NCBI GenBank assembly: GCA_015059955.1
Contig: SUZK01000001.1
Span: forward strand, 204,403-268,402
Length of the DNA stretch: 64,000 nt
Direction of reading: 5' to 3'
From: Rikenellaceae bacterium
GTDB lineage: Bacteria; Bacteroidota; Bacteroidia; Bacteroidales; Rikenellaceae
This document shows, piece after piece, positions 17,186-26,531 of this stretch (the first letter of the stretch is position 1; every line of letters begins with the position of its first letter). Position numbers and translations under genes: made by a program. Under the pieces are notes generated by a model. It did no database searches. It was not told the origin of the DNA and saw only the letters and a program-made list of their open reading frames with translations.

Positions 17186-18121
17186 TTAAAAGTGTGTGAA
17201 GCCATTTAGGTCGAGGTCGGTGGGTGTGCCATCTTGAAGCCAGCGTAGACCGCCTGTGGCAGTGATGCGACCTATGGCCGTGAGCGTAGTGCCCGTCGAG
17301 GCCTTAAGTGCTGTGGCTATGGCATCGAAGTTCGCGGGGTCGACGGTGAGAAGCAGCTCGTAGTCCTCGCCACCCGTTGTGGCGTAGCGTATATCGTAGT
17401 CGGTAGGTATGGCACTTAGCTCGATATCTGCACCCACATCGGAGAGCTCCATAATATGGCGTATATCGGAGGCGATGCCATCCGAGATGTCCATCATGGC
17501 GTGTACGGCACTCTGCGTGCCGAGCCACGCCCCCTCTGCCACGCGAGCATTACCGCGGCGATGTATCTTGGCTGCCTCGGTAGTTAGGTCACCAAACATG
17601 ATGTCTACCAACCCCTTAGACGATACTCCGAGTCTGCCCGTAACTGCGATGATATCACCCACCTTAGCTGCCGAGCGGCGCTTGATATTTGCCATGGGTG
17701 CTCGGCCTATGGCCACGACGTTTATCGTTATGCGGTCGCGCGACGCCGTAGTATCGCCACCCACAAGGGCTATACCATACTCATGGCACGCAGCGTGGTA
17801 GCCACGCATAAACGCCTCGCTCCACTCCCCCTGTGCCGACTCAGGCAGCGAGAGGCTAAGAAGCGTAGCGATAGGCGTAGCGCCCATAGCTGCCACATCC
17901 GAGATATTAACAAGTAGACTCTTCGTGCCCACCTCCTCGGCCGTGGATGCCGCACGTAGAAAGTGTACATCCTCGACAAGCATGTCGGTAGTCATCACAA
18001 GGGCATCGGTGCCCATACTTATGACGGTGCAGTCGTCGCCAATAGGCTCAAAGCCATGGTGGGGTAGCGAGCCAAACATCGAAGCGATGTCGCCAATAAA
18101 CGCAAATTCAGACCTTTTCAT
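17186..18121 (-). CDS. thiL: Thiamine-monophosphate kinase
   Basis: 311 aa in the AIR-synthase-related fold. Motifs EFAFIGDI...IGDDCTVI, TTDMLVEDVHF, GGDT and ISDG. Confidence 0.88.
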   Translation of the reverse strand: MKRSEFAFIGDIASMFGSLPHHGFEPIGDDCTVISMGTDALVMTTDMLVEDVHFLRAASTAEEVGTKSLLVNISDVAAMGATPIATLLSLSLPESAQGEWSEAFMRGYHAACHEYGIALVGGDTTASRDRITINVVAIGRAPMANIKRRSAAKVGDIIAVTGRLGVSSKGLVDIMFGDLTTEAAKIHRRGNARVAEGAWLGTQSAVHAMMDISDGIASDIRHIMELSDVGADIELSAIPTDYDIRYATTGGEDYELLLTVDPANFDAIATALKASTGTTLTAIGRITATGGLRWLQDGTPTDLDLNGFTHF

Positions 18122-18469
18122 ACGGCAAAGTTATAGTATTTCTTGGTTTATTGAAATTTATTTCTTAATTTTGTGACGATGGCACGGAATACGTGTCACT
18201 ATTTGATGGCATTTAGAGCTATTGTTTAGTTGACAAAACGACCAAATTTAACAACTGGCGAACAATAGGCACACTAAGTGCTCACGCCTCATGGCGTGGG
18301 TATGTGCTTTCGTCAGTATGGTGCTTGGTCGTACCAGTCAGCAGAAGCCGTATTCACGCTCTTTTTTTTTCAGCAAGTGTCATCTTTGTTTTTTGGGTGT
18401 GTTTATAGTTGTGCCTATCAGCAATTGGCGCAGATGTATACTTAATTTATTAATTAAAACAAGGATGCT

Positions 18470-19252
18470 ATGAGAAGGTATTTGTTTGTGTTGTTGGCGT
18501 TTGCGGTAGCGAGCGCGACAACGTCTTGTGACAGTGATGTATATTACACTGTCGGTGGTGACGAGACGAGTGAGCAGGAGGCACCTCACAAGCTCTCTGC
18601 TGCAGAGCAGGGGCTCGTGGGCATGTGGTCATGTACAGCCTATGCTGATGAGAGTGACCCAATTTACAGCCACCAAGATGAGACATTCCACTTTTGGGAG
18701 AATGGTAAGGGTTTCAGAACAAGCTATACTTACGGAGATGGTGGCAGAGTATTGGGGTATAGTCGTTGTCCTTATACATGGTATATCGAGAATGAGCATC
18801 TATACATCCATGTGGCGCATACCGATGCACCTGGAGAGTGGGATTATACGCTTTGTGACAACAGCCTAACACTTAGTGTTGAGGAGTTGGACGAGCCAAT
18901 ACACATCGAGCTTACGAAGTGTCGCTCTATCGACACGAAGTTTATGGGCGACTGGGATACTGTAAAGGTTCAGGGTGACAAGTATATCAATGAGCATATT
19001 CAGTTTGTAACACCTACAGACGGCTTTATGTACTCATTTGAGTATACTGACCCAAGCCTCCCACCAACAGACACACATGTATATCCCAAAGATTTTAGGT
19101 ATGAGTTCGACGACAATACCATCACGATTACCTGGTTAGTGTCCGGTGGTGTTGGCGGTAGCGTCAAGAGGAGCTATCGCATCGAGGGTACCAAGCTATA
19201 TCTCGATGACGTATGTTACTCAAACTTTAAGCGCGAGCAGGGTTTTGAGTAG
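18470..19252 (+). CDS. Hypothetical lipoprotein
   Basis: 260 aa with the lipobox LAFAVASATTSC followed by acidic DSD. No recognisable family. Confidence 0.6.
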   Translation: MRRYLFVLLAFAVASATTSCDSDVYYTVGGDETSEQEAPHKLSAAEQGLVGMWSCTAYADESDPIYSHQDETFHFWENGKGFRTSYTYGDGGRVLGYSRCPYTWYIENEHLYIHVAHTDAPGEWDYTLCDNSLTLSVEELDEPIHIELTKCRSIDTKFMGDWDTVKVQGDKYINEHIQFVTPTDGFMYSFEYTDPSLPPTDTHVYPKDFRYEFDDNTITITWLVSGGVGGSVKRSYRIEGTKLYLDDVCYSNFKREQGFE

Positions 19253-19261
19253 CTTTTAGCA

Positions 19262-19297
19262 ATAGAGCCTGGCAAAATGGCCAGGCTCTATTATTTG
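19262..19297 (+). terminator. Terminator hairpin after the 18470-19252 gene
   Basis: 11-bp perfect stem ATAGAGCCTGG/CCAGGCTCTAT followed by TATTTGG (a weak U-tract). Confidence 0.6.
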
Positions 19298-19406
19298 GTA
19301 GTGGCGTGTCGCTAAAGAAACCACCATAGGATAGTACAAGATGTACAGCCTATGGTGGTTTGACTTTTTGGGATGCGTCGCTAATGCGCCGCTATCACAA
19401 GAAATT
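19292..19406 (-). repeat. PIE-family element, reverse orientation, abutting the stop of the minus-strand gene 19405-20796
   Basis: The reverse complement starts AATTTCTTGTGATAGCGGCGCATTAGCGACGC. Its GTGATAGCGGCGCATTAGCGACGC (24 nt) is identical to copy 2 at 3515. Central hairpin AAACCACCATAGG..CCTATGGTGGTTT. The TAA stop overlaps the element end. Confidence 0.75.
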
Positions 19407-20796
19407 ACTCTACCTTGAAGCGGTAAGCGGCACGCGCAGTGTATATGTTATCCTTTTTAGGATCAAGACATACGACGCTATCGTCCATGAAGGCGATAAC
19501 CTCTACCAAATCCTCCGATGTCTCGTTCGATGACCAGTAGTAGGTCTGGCAGAATGGCTCACCACCATTCTCCACGATAAATGCGTTGTACTTTGCTACA
19601 CTTGGAGCATCGAAGTCACGCTGACCCTCGGTGAGCATATCCCACATCCAGTGCATCTCGGTAGATGATGGCAAGAACCAACCCTCGCCGTGCTCCTTAC
19701 ACCACTTGAACGCTGGGTAGTCGTCGATATTCATACCCCAGTATTTGAATGGATCGCTCGAGTTGTAGTCGCCACGCTGCGACATACAATTACACCACTC
19801 ATACTTTGTCGACCACTGCAAGTCCTCCTCGTCCATTGAGAAGAGGTAGCAGTAGGTGTTGCCCTCATTGTCTGACTTGATAGCGAAGATTACACCCTTA
19901 ACGCCATCTACCTCGTGGATAGCGCCAATCTCATACTTGCCAACCAACTCAGGGTCGTATACATCGATGCTTACGGCAGAGCCAGTGGTCTGACCATCGT
20001 AGCGTGCGCGGAATGAGTATGCACCAACGGTTGTGCTTGAGAAGGTATTGCCCTCAACGGTTACGCCCTCGTGGTTAGTGCAGTATATCTCGGCATCAGC
20101 CGTTACATCATCCTCGCCATAGAGTACCGTAAATGTAACCATCTCCGTGCCATCAGCCTTGATACGATTTACGTCAGACTGAATCTTGAGGCTCTTCTGC
20201 ACAGGTACCTCTACTGCGGTAGCTACGACCTTAACCTCGTTAGATTTCACGTCATCCCACATAGCTACAAAGACGAACTCGCCTGCTACATCCGAAGTAA
20301 AGGTGTTGGTTTCGAGCTCCGTGTTGTAGTTGATGATTGTAATCTTTGCCTCCGAGCTCTTATCCTCGCCATCAACCTTTACAGTGAAGGTTACGGTGTC
20401 GGTGTTGTCTGCCACAATCTCACCCTTGTCTGCGGTGAGCTCTACTGTTGGCACAGGGGCCTCAGTAGCTGTGGCTGTAATCTTCACCTCTGCTGAGGTA
20501 AAGCCCTTGTACGATGCCTTGAAACGGTACTCGCCACCAGTGGTAGTGGCAAAGGTGTTGCCCTCAAGTACCGAGTTATCGTTAAGGCAGATAATCATTA
20601 CATCATTGGCAGTTACCTTGCCATCTACCTTAACGGTGAACGTAACAGCCTCAGTGCCGTCAGCCATAATCGCTGTCTTGTCTGCTGTTAGCTCTACGTT
20701 GTACTCCTTATTGTCCTGAGGTGGCTCGTTGTTCTCGCACGCCACGAAGCCTGCAGCGAGCGAGAATAGAGCAAATATGCTAAATAGTTTTTTCAT
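19405..20796 (-). CDS. Surface lipoprotein with three Ig-like repeats and a C-terminal DUF1566 domain
   Basis: The ATG at 20796 gives MKKLFSIFALFSLAAGFVAC-ENNE (lipobox plus acidic export-like signal); 20826 is a TTG. It has three about 90-aa repeats (..ADGT(E/D).VTFTVKVDG..). The C-terminus YPAFKWCKEHGEGWFLPSSTEM..YYWSS is paralogous to the kinase ectodomain. Confidence 0.75.
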   Translation of the reverse strand: MKKLFSIFALFSLAAGFVACENNEPPQDNKEYNVELTADKTAIMADGTEAVTFTVKVDGKVTANDVMIICLNDNSVLEGNTFATTTGGEYRFKASYKGFTSAEVKITATATEAPVPTVELTADKGEIVADNTDTVTFTVKVDGEDKSSEAKITIINYNTELETNTFTSDVAGEFVFVAMWDDVKSNEVKVVATAVEVPVQKSLKIQSDVNRIKADGTEMVTFTVLYGEDDVTADAEIYCTNHEGVTVEGNTFSSTTVGAYSFRARYDGQTTGSAVSIDVYDPELVGKYEIGAIHEVDGVKGVIFAIKSDNEGNTYCYLFSMDEEDLQWSTKYEWCNCMSQRGDYNSSDPFKYWGMNIDDYPAFKWCKEHGEGWFLPSSTEMHWMWDMLTEGQRDFDAPSVAKYNAFIVENGGEPFCQTYYWSSNETSEDLVEVIAFMDDSVVCLDPKKDNIYTARAAYRFKVE

Positions 20797-20809
20797 AGTC
20801 AATACAGTA

Positions 20810-22363
20810 TTACTGTGCGTTATCAAACATCTCAGGGGTTACACGAACAGCAAACTGTGTTGCAGTGTTCTCAGCGTTGAGTACCTCGAAGAAGAAGACA
20901 TAGTCCTCCTTGTCGAAGCCAGTGAATGAGGTTGTAGCGCCCTCGGCACTCTTTGCTGCAGTCAAGGTCTCCTCGCCCACAGGCTTACGGAACATGAAGA
21001 ATGCCTGAATCTGTGACCAGTCGTTTGGATCCCAGTACTTCTCAAACTCATAGTTATTCCAAAGCTGTGCACCTGCAAGTAGGTCTGTAGCGTATTCGTT
21101 GGTCTTAACTACAAAGTTTACGCTATAGCTGAAGCCATCCTTTACAATGATAGGCTCAGATACCTCAAGCGTGGCAACAGCATCTGCCGAAGGAGCAAGT
21201 GTCTTGAACTCTACGGCAACGTAGTTGTAGTCGTAAACCTCTGTTGGGTCGGTGATGGTTGGGTCTACGTAGAAAATTACAGCAACATACTCAGTATTAT
21301 TGTTGAGTGGCTCGTATGCTGAAATGGTGTTAGAACCCTTCTTGCCAAGCTTATCTGTCTGGATGATGTCGCCAAAGCCATAGCCCTGCTCTACGGCGAT
21401 GTTATTTAGGCCGAAGTAGCTACGCATAACGATATTTGCCTTAGCCTCGGTAGCCAAGGTCTGCTCATATGAACTCTTTGTCCAGATGTAGTATGTCCAG
21501 TGTGCATCCTCGCTAAGTGTAGGGGTTACGTCGAGCGAGAAGTTGGTGTGAGTGGTTGAAAGGTTGTCTGTGATGAACAACGAGTTGGGGTCTACTGGCT
21601 CGCCCTCAGGTGTGGTGAATGCCTTGCGGAAGAGCTTCATCTCGGCTGCCTGGTTGTGCATGTCCTCCCAGTTTTCAAAGTTGAAGGCTACGGCAAGATA
21701 GTCGGTCTCGGCTGCAAGACGGCAGTTAAGAGTTGTCTCACCCTGTGTAACCCAGTCGCCAGAGTTAGGATTCTCGATGATATACTCGAATATCTGATAG
21801 TCATCGTTGTAGATGCCGAAAGCGTCGAGCTCCATCTTGGTAATCACTCGGAAGTAGTAGCGATTTGCCGAGCTGTTAGGCTTGGCAATGGCTGTCGCTG
21901 AAGTAGCCTTAATATCCTTAATCTCAATCTCAATCTCGAATTCATCGGCTGGGATAGGCTCGCTCGTAGCCTCGGTAGTGAGCGTAAAGCGAGCAACCTT
22001 ATTAGTCTCGGTTACAGCAAAGGCTACGGCAGTGTACTCTGTGTCAGCCTTAAGACCCTTAGCCGAGAGGTACTGAGGACCCTTCTTAAGCTTAAGGTCG
22101 TCAGCAGCAAGCATATCAGAGATGATTGTTGCATCACTCTTATCAGCGATAGTGGCGCTCTCAACGATGGCTGCAACGTAGTTTACTGAAGCATCCGAAG
22201 GGATTACCTGCACCTCAGCAGTAGTAGCTGTAGTCTTTGCATTCTGGAACTCGAATGTCACACCTGAGGTGCCACCGCTATTGTCGGGAGTCTGCTCGCA
22301 GCTTGCTGCGAAGAGTACAACCAACGATAGGGTCATCATCGAAAATAGTTTTCTCATAGTCAT
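20810..22363 (-). CDS. Hypothetical lipoprotein (Ig/FN3-like repeats)
   Basis: 517 aa with lipobox LVVLFAASC-EQT. Only 13 nt separate it from the downstream DUF1566 lipoprotein gene. Confidence 0.65.
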   Translation of the reverse strand: MTMRKLFSMMTLSLVVLFAASCEQTPDNSGGTSGVTFEFQNAKTTATTAEVQVIPSDASVNYVAAIVESATIADKSDATIISDMLAADDLKLKKGPQYLSAKGLKADTEYTAVAFAVTETNKVARFTLTTEATSEPIPADEFEIEIEIKDIKATSATAIAKPNSSANRYYFRVITKMELDAFGIYNDDYQIFEYIIENPNSGDWVTQGETTLNCRLAAETDYLAVAFNFENWEDMHNQAAEMKLFRKAFTTPEGEPVDPNSLFITDNLSTTHTNFSLDVTPTLSEDAHWTYYIWTKSSYEQTLATEAKANIVMRSYFGLNNIAVEQGYGFGDIIQTDKLGKKGSNTISAYEPLNNNTEYVAVIFYVDPTITDPTEVYDYNYVAVEFKTLAPSADAVATLEVSEPIIVKDGFSYSVNFVVKTNEYATDLLAGAQLWNNYEFEKYWDPNDWSQIQAFFMFRKPVGEETLTAAKSAEGATTSFTGFDKEDYVFFFEVLNAENTATQFAVRVTPEMFDNAQ

Positions 22364-22460
22364 TTAGTTATTCGTTTTGGTATATTTATTATTGATTATC
22401 AGCGTATTATCTAATTATATACATTCCCACGTCTCAACACATTCTCAATAATTTCGACCA

Positions 22461-22468
22461 CAAAGATA
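22461..22468 (-). promoter_or_regulatory. -7 promoter box TATCTTTG for the 22363-19405 lipoprotein pair
   Basis: The reverse complement of CAAAGATA matches TAnnTTTG, about 98 nt upstream of the ATG at 22363. Confidence 0.4.
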
Positions 22469-22563
22469 ATAAAACATTTCGGATAGACAATCGTCCATGG
22501 TTAAAAACTACGTTTGTTGTGATTATTTATCGCAAAAGAGTTGCACATTGACCATATTTTGCA

Positions 22564-22571
22564 TATATTTG
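22564..22571 (+). promoter_or_regulatory. -7 promoter box TATATTTG for argR
   Basis: Exact TAnnTTTG match 70 nt upstream of the ATG at 22641. It lies inside the longer 22497 ORF, which argues for the shorter start. Confidence 0.45.
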
Positions 22572-22640
22572 TTGTCTGAAACCGGCATTAGGTCGGCTCT
22601 TATGTGTGCTATGAGAAATAATGATTTAAAGGGAGGAAGA

Positions 22641-23108
22641 ATGAGTCAGAAGGCTCATCGAGAGGCTTTAATAAGGAAGATTATTCGTACGGAGTTTGTT
22701 GGTTCGCAAGAGGAGTTGTTGAAGCGTCTCAACGAGTGCGGCGTGGATGCTACTCAGTCGACACTATCGCGCGACCTCAAGGCTATGCATGTGGCTAAGG
22801 TGCCACATAAGCAGAAGGGGTATATCTACGTCCTACCAAATAATACGCATAGCGATATTCAGATGTCGTCGAACATCTCGGATAATATTACAGGTATCGC
22901 CTTTTCGGGTAACATGTGTGTGATAACCACTAAGCCTGGTTATGCGAGTGCCATATCGGTGCCTATCGACAACCTCAGTATCAGCGAGGTGCTCGGCACC
23001 ATAGCTGGTGATAATACCATTCTGCTCATCCTGCGCGAGGAGTTTGACATGGAGACTCTTATGTCGCAGTTGCACATGCTCTTTCCATCGTTGCGCACAC
23101 TCCTTTAG
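22641..23108 (+). CDS. argR: Arginine repressor ArgR
   Basis: 155 aa from the ATG at 22641. The winged-helix N-terminus is QEELLKRLNECGVDATQSTLSRDLKAM and the C-terminal oligomerisation domain has GTIAGDNTILLI. Confidence 0.85.
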   Translation: MSQKAHREALIRKIIRTEFVGSQEELLKRLNECGVDATQSTLSRDLKAMHVAKVPHKQKGYIYVLPNNTHSDIQMSSNISDNITGIAFSGNMCVITTKPGYASAISVPIDNLSISEVLGTIAGDNTILLILREEFDMETLMSQLHMLFPSLRTLL

Positions 23109-23137
23109 TGTATAGAGCCCATATCTTAGTGATAGAT

Positions 23138-23188
23138 GTAGCCTGAAATGCAGACATCCCCATTGTGTGGATTTTGCATTCAGGCTAC
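23138..23188 (+). terminator. Terminator-like hairpin after argR
   Basis: GTAGCCTGAAATGCA ... TTGCATTCAGGCTAC forms an about 14-bp stem with one bulge, followed by ATTTCG (a poor U-tract). Confidence 0.45.
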
Positions 23189-23328
23189 ATTTCGTACAAT
23201 AAATCCGCTATTTCATACAATAGGTCAATTTGTCTATTGACAAGATTATTTTTTTTCGGATATTTGTCTCTGTATTCGGCGTCGGATAGAGGCCGTACAC
23301 CCTTCGAAATCTTAAACTTTTAAACTAT

Positions 23329-24330
23329 ATGAAGCGACGTTTACTACTTTTAAGCAGCGCTGTTGTGCTTCTGTTATCTATGAGTGCGAGTAAGCACCTT
23401 GCTGGCCAGATGACGGGATGCCAGCAGCCACAACACGCAAACCCTACCAATGCCATCTACCATTGGAAGACTCTGTTTAACCCATCTGCCGAGGAGCTCG
23501 CCTTCTTGGAGGAGCACGATGTCGGCCGTCTCTACATTCGTATGTTCGATATCGCCCCTACAAGGGATGATAAGGTCTACGATTGTGTGCTCCCCGCGCC
23601 CATTGCTACAACGCGTTTCGATGCCCCCATCCCTGAGGGTATAGAGGTGATACCAACGACATATATCACCCTCGATGCGCTACGCCTTATGGAGGGTAGC
23701 GAGGCTTACTATGCTCAGCTTATTGTCGATAGACTCCTTGCCATGGCATCGTATAACGAGTGTGGCGAGATTCGTGAGGTGCAGTTCGACTGCGACTGGA
23801 CAGAGTCAACGTTCGACATATACGCCGCCCTCACTGCTAATGCCAAGAGCTACCTTAACGACCAAGGCATCGAGCTAAGCATCACCATACGTGTACACCA
23901 GGTCGATGATTACGAGTGGCCCGCCGCTAACCGCGGTGTTGTGATGCTGTATAATACGGGTGCTATCAAGCACGCCAATACGCGTAACTCGATTCTCGAT
24001 GTCGTCGACGTGATGCCATATGTTCGTAATGGCCGTAACCCTAACGTAGATATCCCTCTCGACTACGCCTATCCTACGTTCGGCTGGGGTGTCAAGTTCC
24101 GCAATGGCGAGTTCCACTCAATCGTCTCGGACCCTCAGAGTGCTACATTAGGCGAGGGTGAGACCATACGCGACGAGCGACCCACGGTGGAGGAGGTGCT
24201 CACGGTCAAAGAACTCTTCGTGAAGGCTTTTGGTGAGCCATACCAGTCGAATATAATTTACCATCTTGATAATGAAGAACTTAAAAACTATACTAACGAT
24301 GAGATTTCACAAATTTTTAGCCGTAATTAG
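23329..24330 (+). CDS. Hypothetical secreted protein
   Basis: 333 aa with signal peptide MKRRLLLLSSAVVLLLSMSA. No family recognised with confidence. Confidence 0.6.
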   Translation: MKRRLLLLSSAVVLLLSMSASKHLAGQMTGCQQPQHANPTNAIYHWKTLFNPSAEELAFLEEHDVGRLYIRMFDIAPTRDDKVYDCVLPAPIATTRFDAPIPEGIEVIPTTYITLDALRLMEGSEAYYAQLIVDRLLAMASYNECGEIREVQFDCDWTESTFDIYAALTANAKSYLNDQGIELSITIRVHQVDDYEWPAANRGVVMLYNTGAIKHANTRNSILDVVDVMPYVRNGRNPNVDIPLDYAYPTFGWGVKFRNGEFHSIVSDPQSATLGEGETIRDERPTVEEVLTVKELFVKAFGEPYQSNIIYHLDNEELKNYTNDEISQIFSRN

Positions 24331-26458
24331 TCTGCTTCTACTGCCGCAGGTGAGCGAGGCCTGCTGGGTAATGTGGTATGATTTCCAGCAATTTACGCTC
24401 TATCACATTGAGCCAAAGTACGAGGCCAATGTTGAGTCAAAGGGCGCAGCAAACCTTCGTGAGTGGCAGGCGATGACATCTGCCGATATACCTCTTGATG
24501 ATATCGAGAAGGTGGTATATAAGATGACCCTTGAGGAGTATGAGACGCTATGCTCGCTTGAGAGGTATACGGGTGACAATATGTTTGCTCAGTGGATTAA
24601 GGAGAGAGACGCAGCTATCATGGAGTTCTTGCTCTTAGCAAAGCGCAACGAGCGTATCCGCTTTCAGTATAACTCGCTGTGGTACTACCCCTCGATGAAG
24701 GTGAATGGCCCTACTACGCTTGAGGAGATTATCGACAAGTCGCTACATTGTAGCGATAGCCGTCTGCGTTCGCGCTATATGCTTCAGGCTATGCGCGCTA
24801 TGTTTACGCTCAACCGCTACGACGAGTGTTTGGAGCTGTGGCACAAGGAGTTTGAGCAGCTCCCTATGGATGACGCCATGCGTCGCCATGCCTATATGTA
24901 TGTTGCTGGCTCGCTCTATCACACTGGCAAGGTCGACGAGGCGCTCAACATATACGCCATGGCTGGCGATATAGACTCTATCTACTATATCGCAAAGCTC
25001 GAAAATATTGAGATTAGCAAGGTGGCGCTTATCGAGATGTTGTATCGCAACAACCCTAATAACCCAAAGGTCTTCGATCGCATAAAGCGAATTGTGCGCG
25101 AGGCCGAAAATCCACTATTCTTATGTGGCACGAAGCCTCATACGCTTCAGAGCGAGGCGCGCGACCTTCTGAGCATGGCTGTTCGTCTTGGTGACGAGGG
25201 GCGTGATGCTGCTGTGTGGTACTATACTGCGGCATATCTCTACTATATCGAGGGTAGCGTGGAGCAGGCCTATGCAAACTTGGCTCTTGCCGAGCAGTCT
25301 AACCCCTCGGAGTACATGGGCGAGTCGTTGCGCACACTTCGTATAATCATCGATGCTCGTTATGCTAAGCTCGATAAGAGGTACGAGAAGCAGCTTGTCA
25401 AGGATTTGCGCTGGCTTGAGGATAAGAGTTTTGGCAATCTTAGCACTCTCAACCCTAATCACCATTATGATTCATGGTTTTACATATTCCCAGACCAGGG
25501 CTTATGCTACTGGAATATGGTGACGCGCTACATCATCAACGAGTCGCTCGTACCTCGATATACCGAGGCAGGAAATGCGGTACGTGCCATGCAGTTGGCA
25601 AACTACTCGAGCTACTACATCTTTGGTGGTAACCTCATGATTGATGTTTGGGTCTTTGATGAGTATTTTGATGATTGGAGAACCGACAGATATTATTCGC
25701 TCATCGACTATCGTAGAGATAATAATCGCAAGAATGAGATAGATTATAGCACCTTCTTCTTTACATACATAGATGAGGCAGATGTTGACGATGTTATCGC
25801 ATATGTCGAGAGTGTCGATACGCCTAAGAGCGAGTTGGATCGTCTTCTCAACCGCGGCTCACACCTCGATAAGAACTTCCTATACGACATCGCTGGTACA
25901 CACTGCTTGCGTAATATGCGCTATGCCGAGGCCGAGGAGTATCTCAATAAAGTAGACTTCTATTATAGCAACCACGGTCTAAATGTCTACCTCGAGTACG
26001 ATCCGTTTGAGCTTGAGAGGGTAAAGACCTCAAGCTGCGACTTCCGTCTTAACTTCGCCCGTAAGATGGCGTCGTTGGAGCGCGCCATGGAGCGTAGCAC
26101 CAACCAAAATACGCGAGCACGCTATATGGTGGACTATGCCATAGCACTTCATAACTCGTTTGGTCGTTGCTGGGAGCTTACCCACTACCACGATGGCTGC
26201 GTACCACACATGTACTTCTCGCGCTGGTGGTATGACGACGAGGTCGTTGTCGCTGCAAAGGCTAAGGCAAGAGCTATGGTTAATGAGGCCTTTGCCCTCA
26301 TCGATGATAGTGACTTGGCTGCCGAGATGCACTACAAATTTGGCAACTTCAAAACTGTGGCTAAGGAGTATGGCTATACTAAGTATGGTCGCATCGTTAA
26401 GAGCCAGTGCGATAACTTGTACGACTACCACGCCGAGAGGCTTGAAAATAGGTATTAG
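24299..26458 (+). CDS. Hypothetical secreted helical-repeat protein
   Basis: The ATG at 24299 gives signal peptide MRFHKFLAVISLLLLPQVSEA. Alternatives are the ATG at 24272 and the TTG at 24266. It overlaps the preceding gene by 32-65 nt and is largely helical, TPR-like by composition. Confidence 0.6.
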   Translation: MRFHKFLAVISLLLLPQVSEACWVMWYDFQQFTLYHIEPKYEANVESKGAANLREWQAMTSADIPLDDIEKVVYKMTLEEYETLCSLERYTGDNMFAQWIKERDAAIMEFLLLAKRNERIRFQYNSLWYYPSMKVNGPTTLEEIIDKSLHCSDSRLRSRYMLQAMRAMFTLNRYDECLELWHKEFEQLPMDDAMRRHAYMYVAGSLYHTGKVDEALNIYAMAGDIDSIYYIAKLENIEISKVALIEMLYRNNPNNPKVFDRIKRIVREAENPLFLCGTKPHTLQSEARDLLSMAVRLGDEGRDAAVWYYTAAYLYYIEGSVEQAYANLALAEQSNPSEYMGESLRTLRIIIDARYAKLDKRYEKQLVKDLRWLEDKSFGNLSTLNPNHHYDSWFYIFPDQGLCYWNMVTRYIINESLVPRYTEAGNAVRAMQLANYSSYYIFGGNLMIDVWVFDEYFDDWRTDRYYSLIDYRRDNNRKNEIDYSTFFFTYIDEADVDDVIAYVESVDTPKSELDRLLNRGSHLDKNFLYDIAGTHCLRNMRYAEAEEYLNKVDFYYSNHGLNVYLEYDPFELERVKTSSCDFRLNFARKMASLERAMERSTNQNTRARYMVDYAIALHNSFGRCWELTHYHDGCVPHMYFSRWWYDDEVVVAAKAKARAMVNEAFALIDDSDLAAEMHYKFGNFKTVAKEYGYTKYGRIVKSQCDNLYDYHAERLENRY

Positions 26459-26476
26459 CGCCTACATATGTAAAAC

Positions 26477-26517
26477 AGAGTGTCCGAGGCGAAAGTCCTC
26501 GGACACTCTATTTTTTA
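26477..26517. terminator. Bidirectional terminator between convergent genes
   Basis: 13-bp perfect stem AGAGTGTCCGAGG/CCTCGGACACTCT, followed by ATTTTTT on the plus strand. Confidence 0.8.
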
Positions 26518-26531
26518 GAGGGTGTCCACTA

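Noticed and set aside
18126-18133. TAACTTTG box 4 nt upstream of the thiL ATG, and likewise TATTTTTG at 57953-57960, 4 nt upstream of the HigA-like ATG
   Set aside because: With the box this close, the expected transcription start would fall inside or after the start codon. These are probably chance matches in AT-rich leaders, so they are not reported as promoters.
18290-18372. Possible sRNA ending at the T9 run (18362-18370) between thiL and the lipoprotein gene
   Set aside because: There is no convincing stem immediately upstream of the T-run and no clear promoter box. It is likely just an AT-rich spacer.
20797-20826. Longer start (20826) for the DUF1566 lipoprotein, overlapping the upstream gene
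   Set aside because: Position 20826 is a TTG and would put 10 extra residues before a canonical signal peptide. The ATG at 20796 gives MKKLFSIF... and a clean 13-nt intergenic gap.
22497-22640. 48-codon N-terminal extension of argR
   Set aside because: The extension is Cys/Leu-rich with no ArgR similarity and contains the predicted -7 box. ArgR homology starts at the ATG at 22641, which gives a typical 155 aa.
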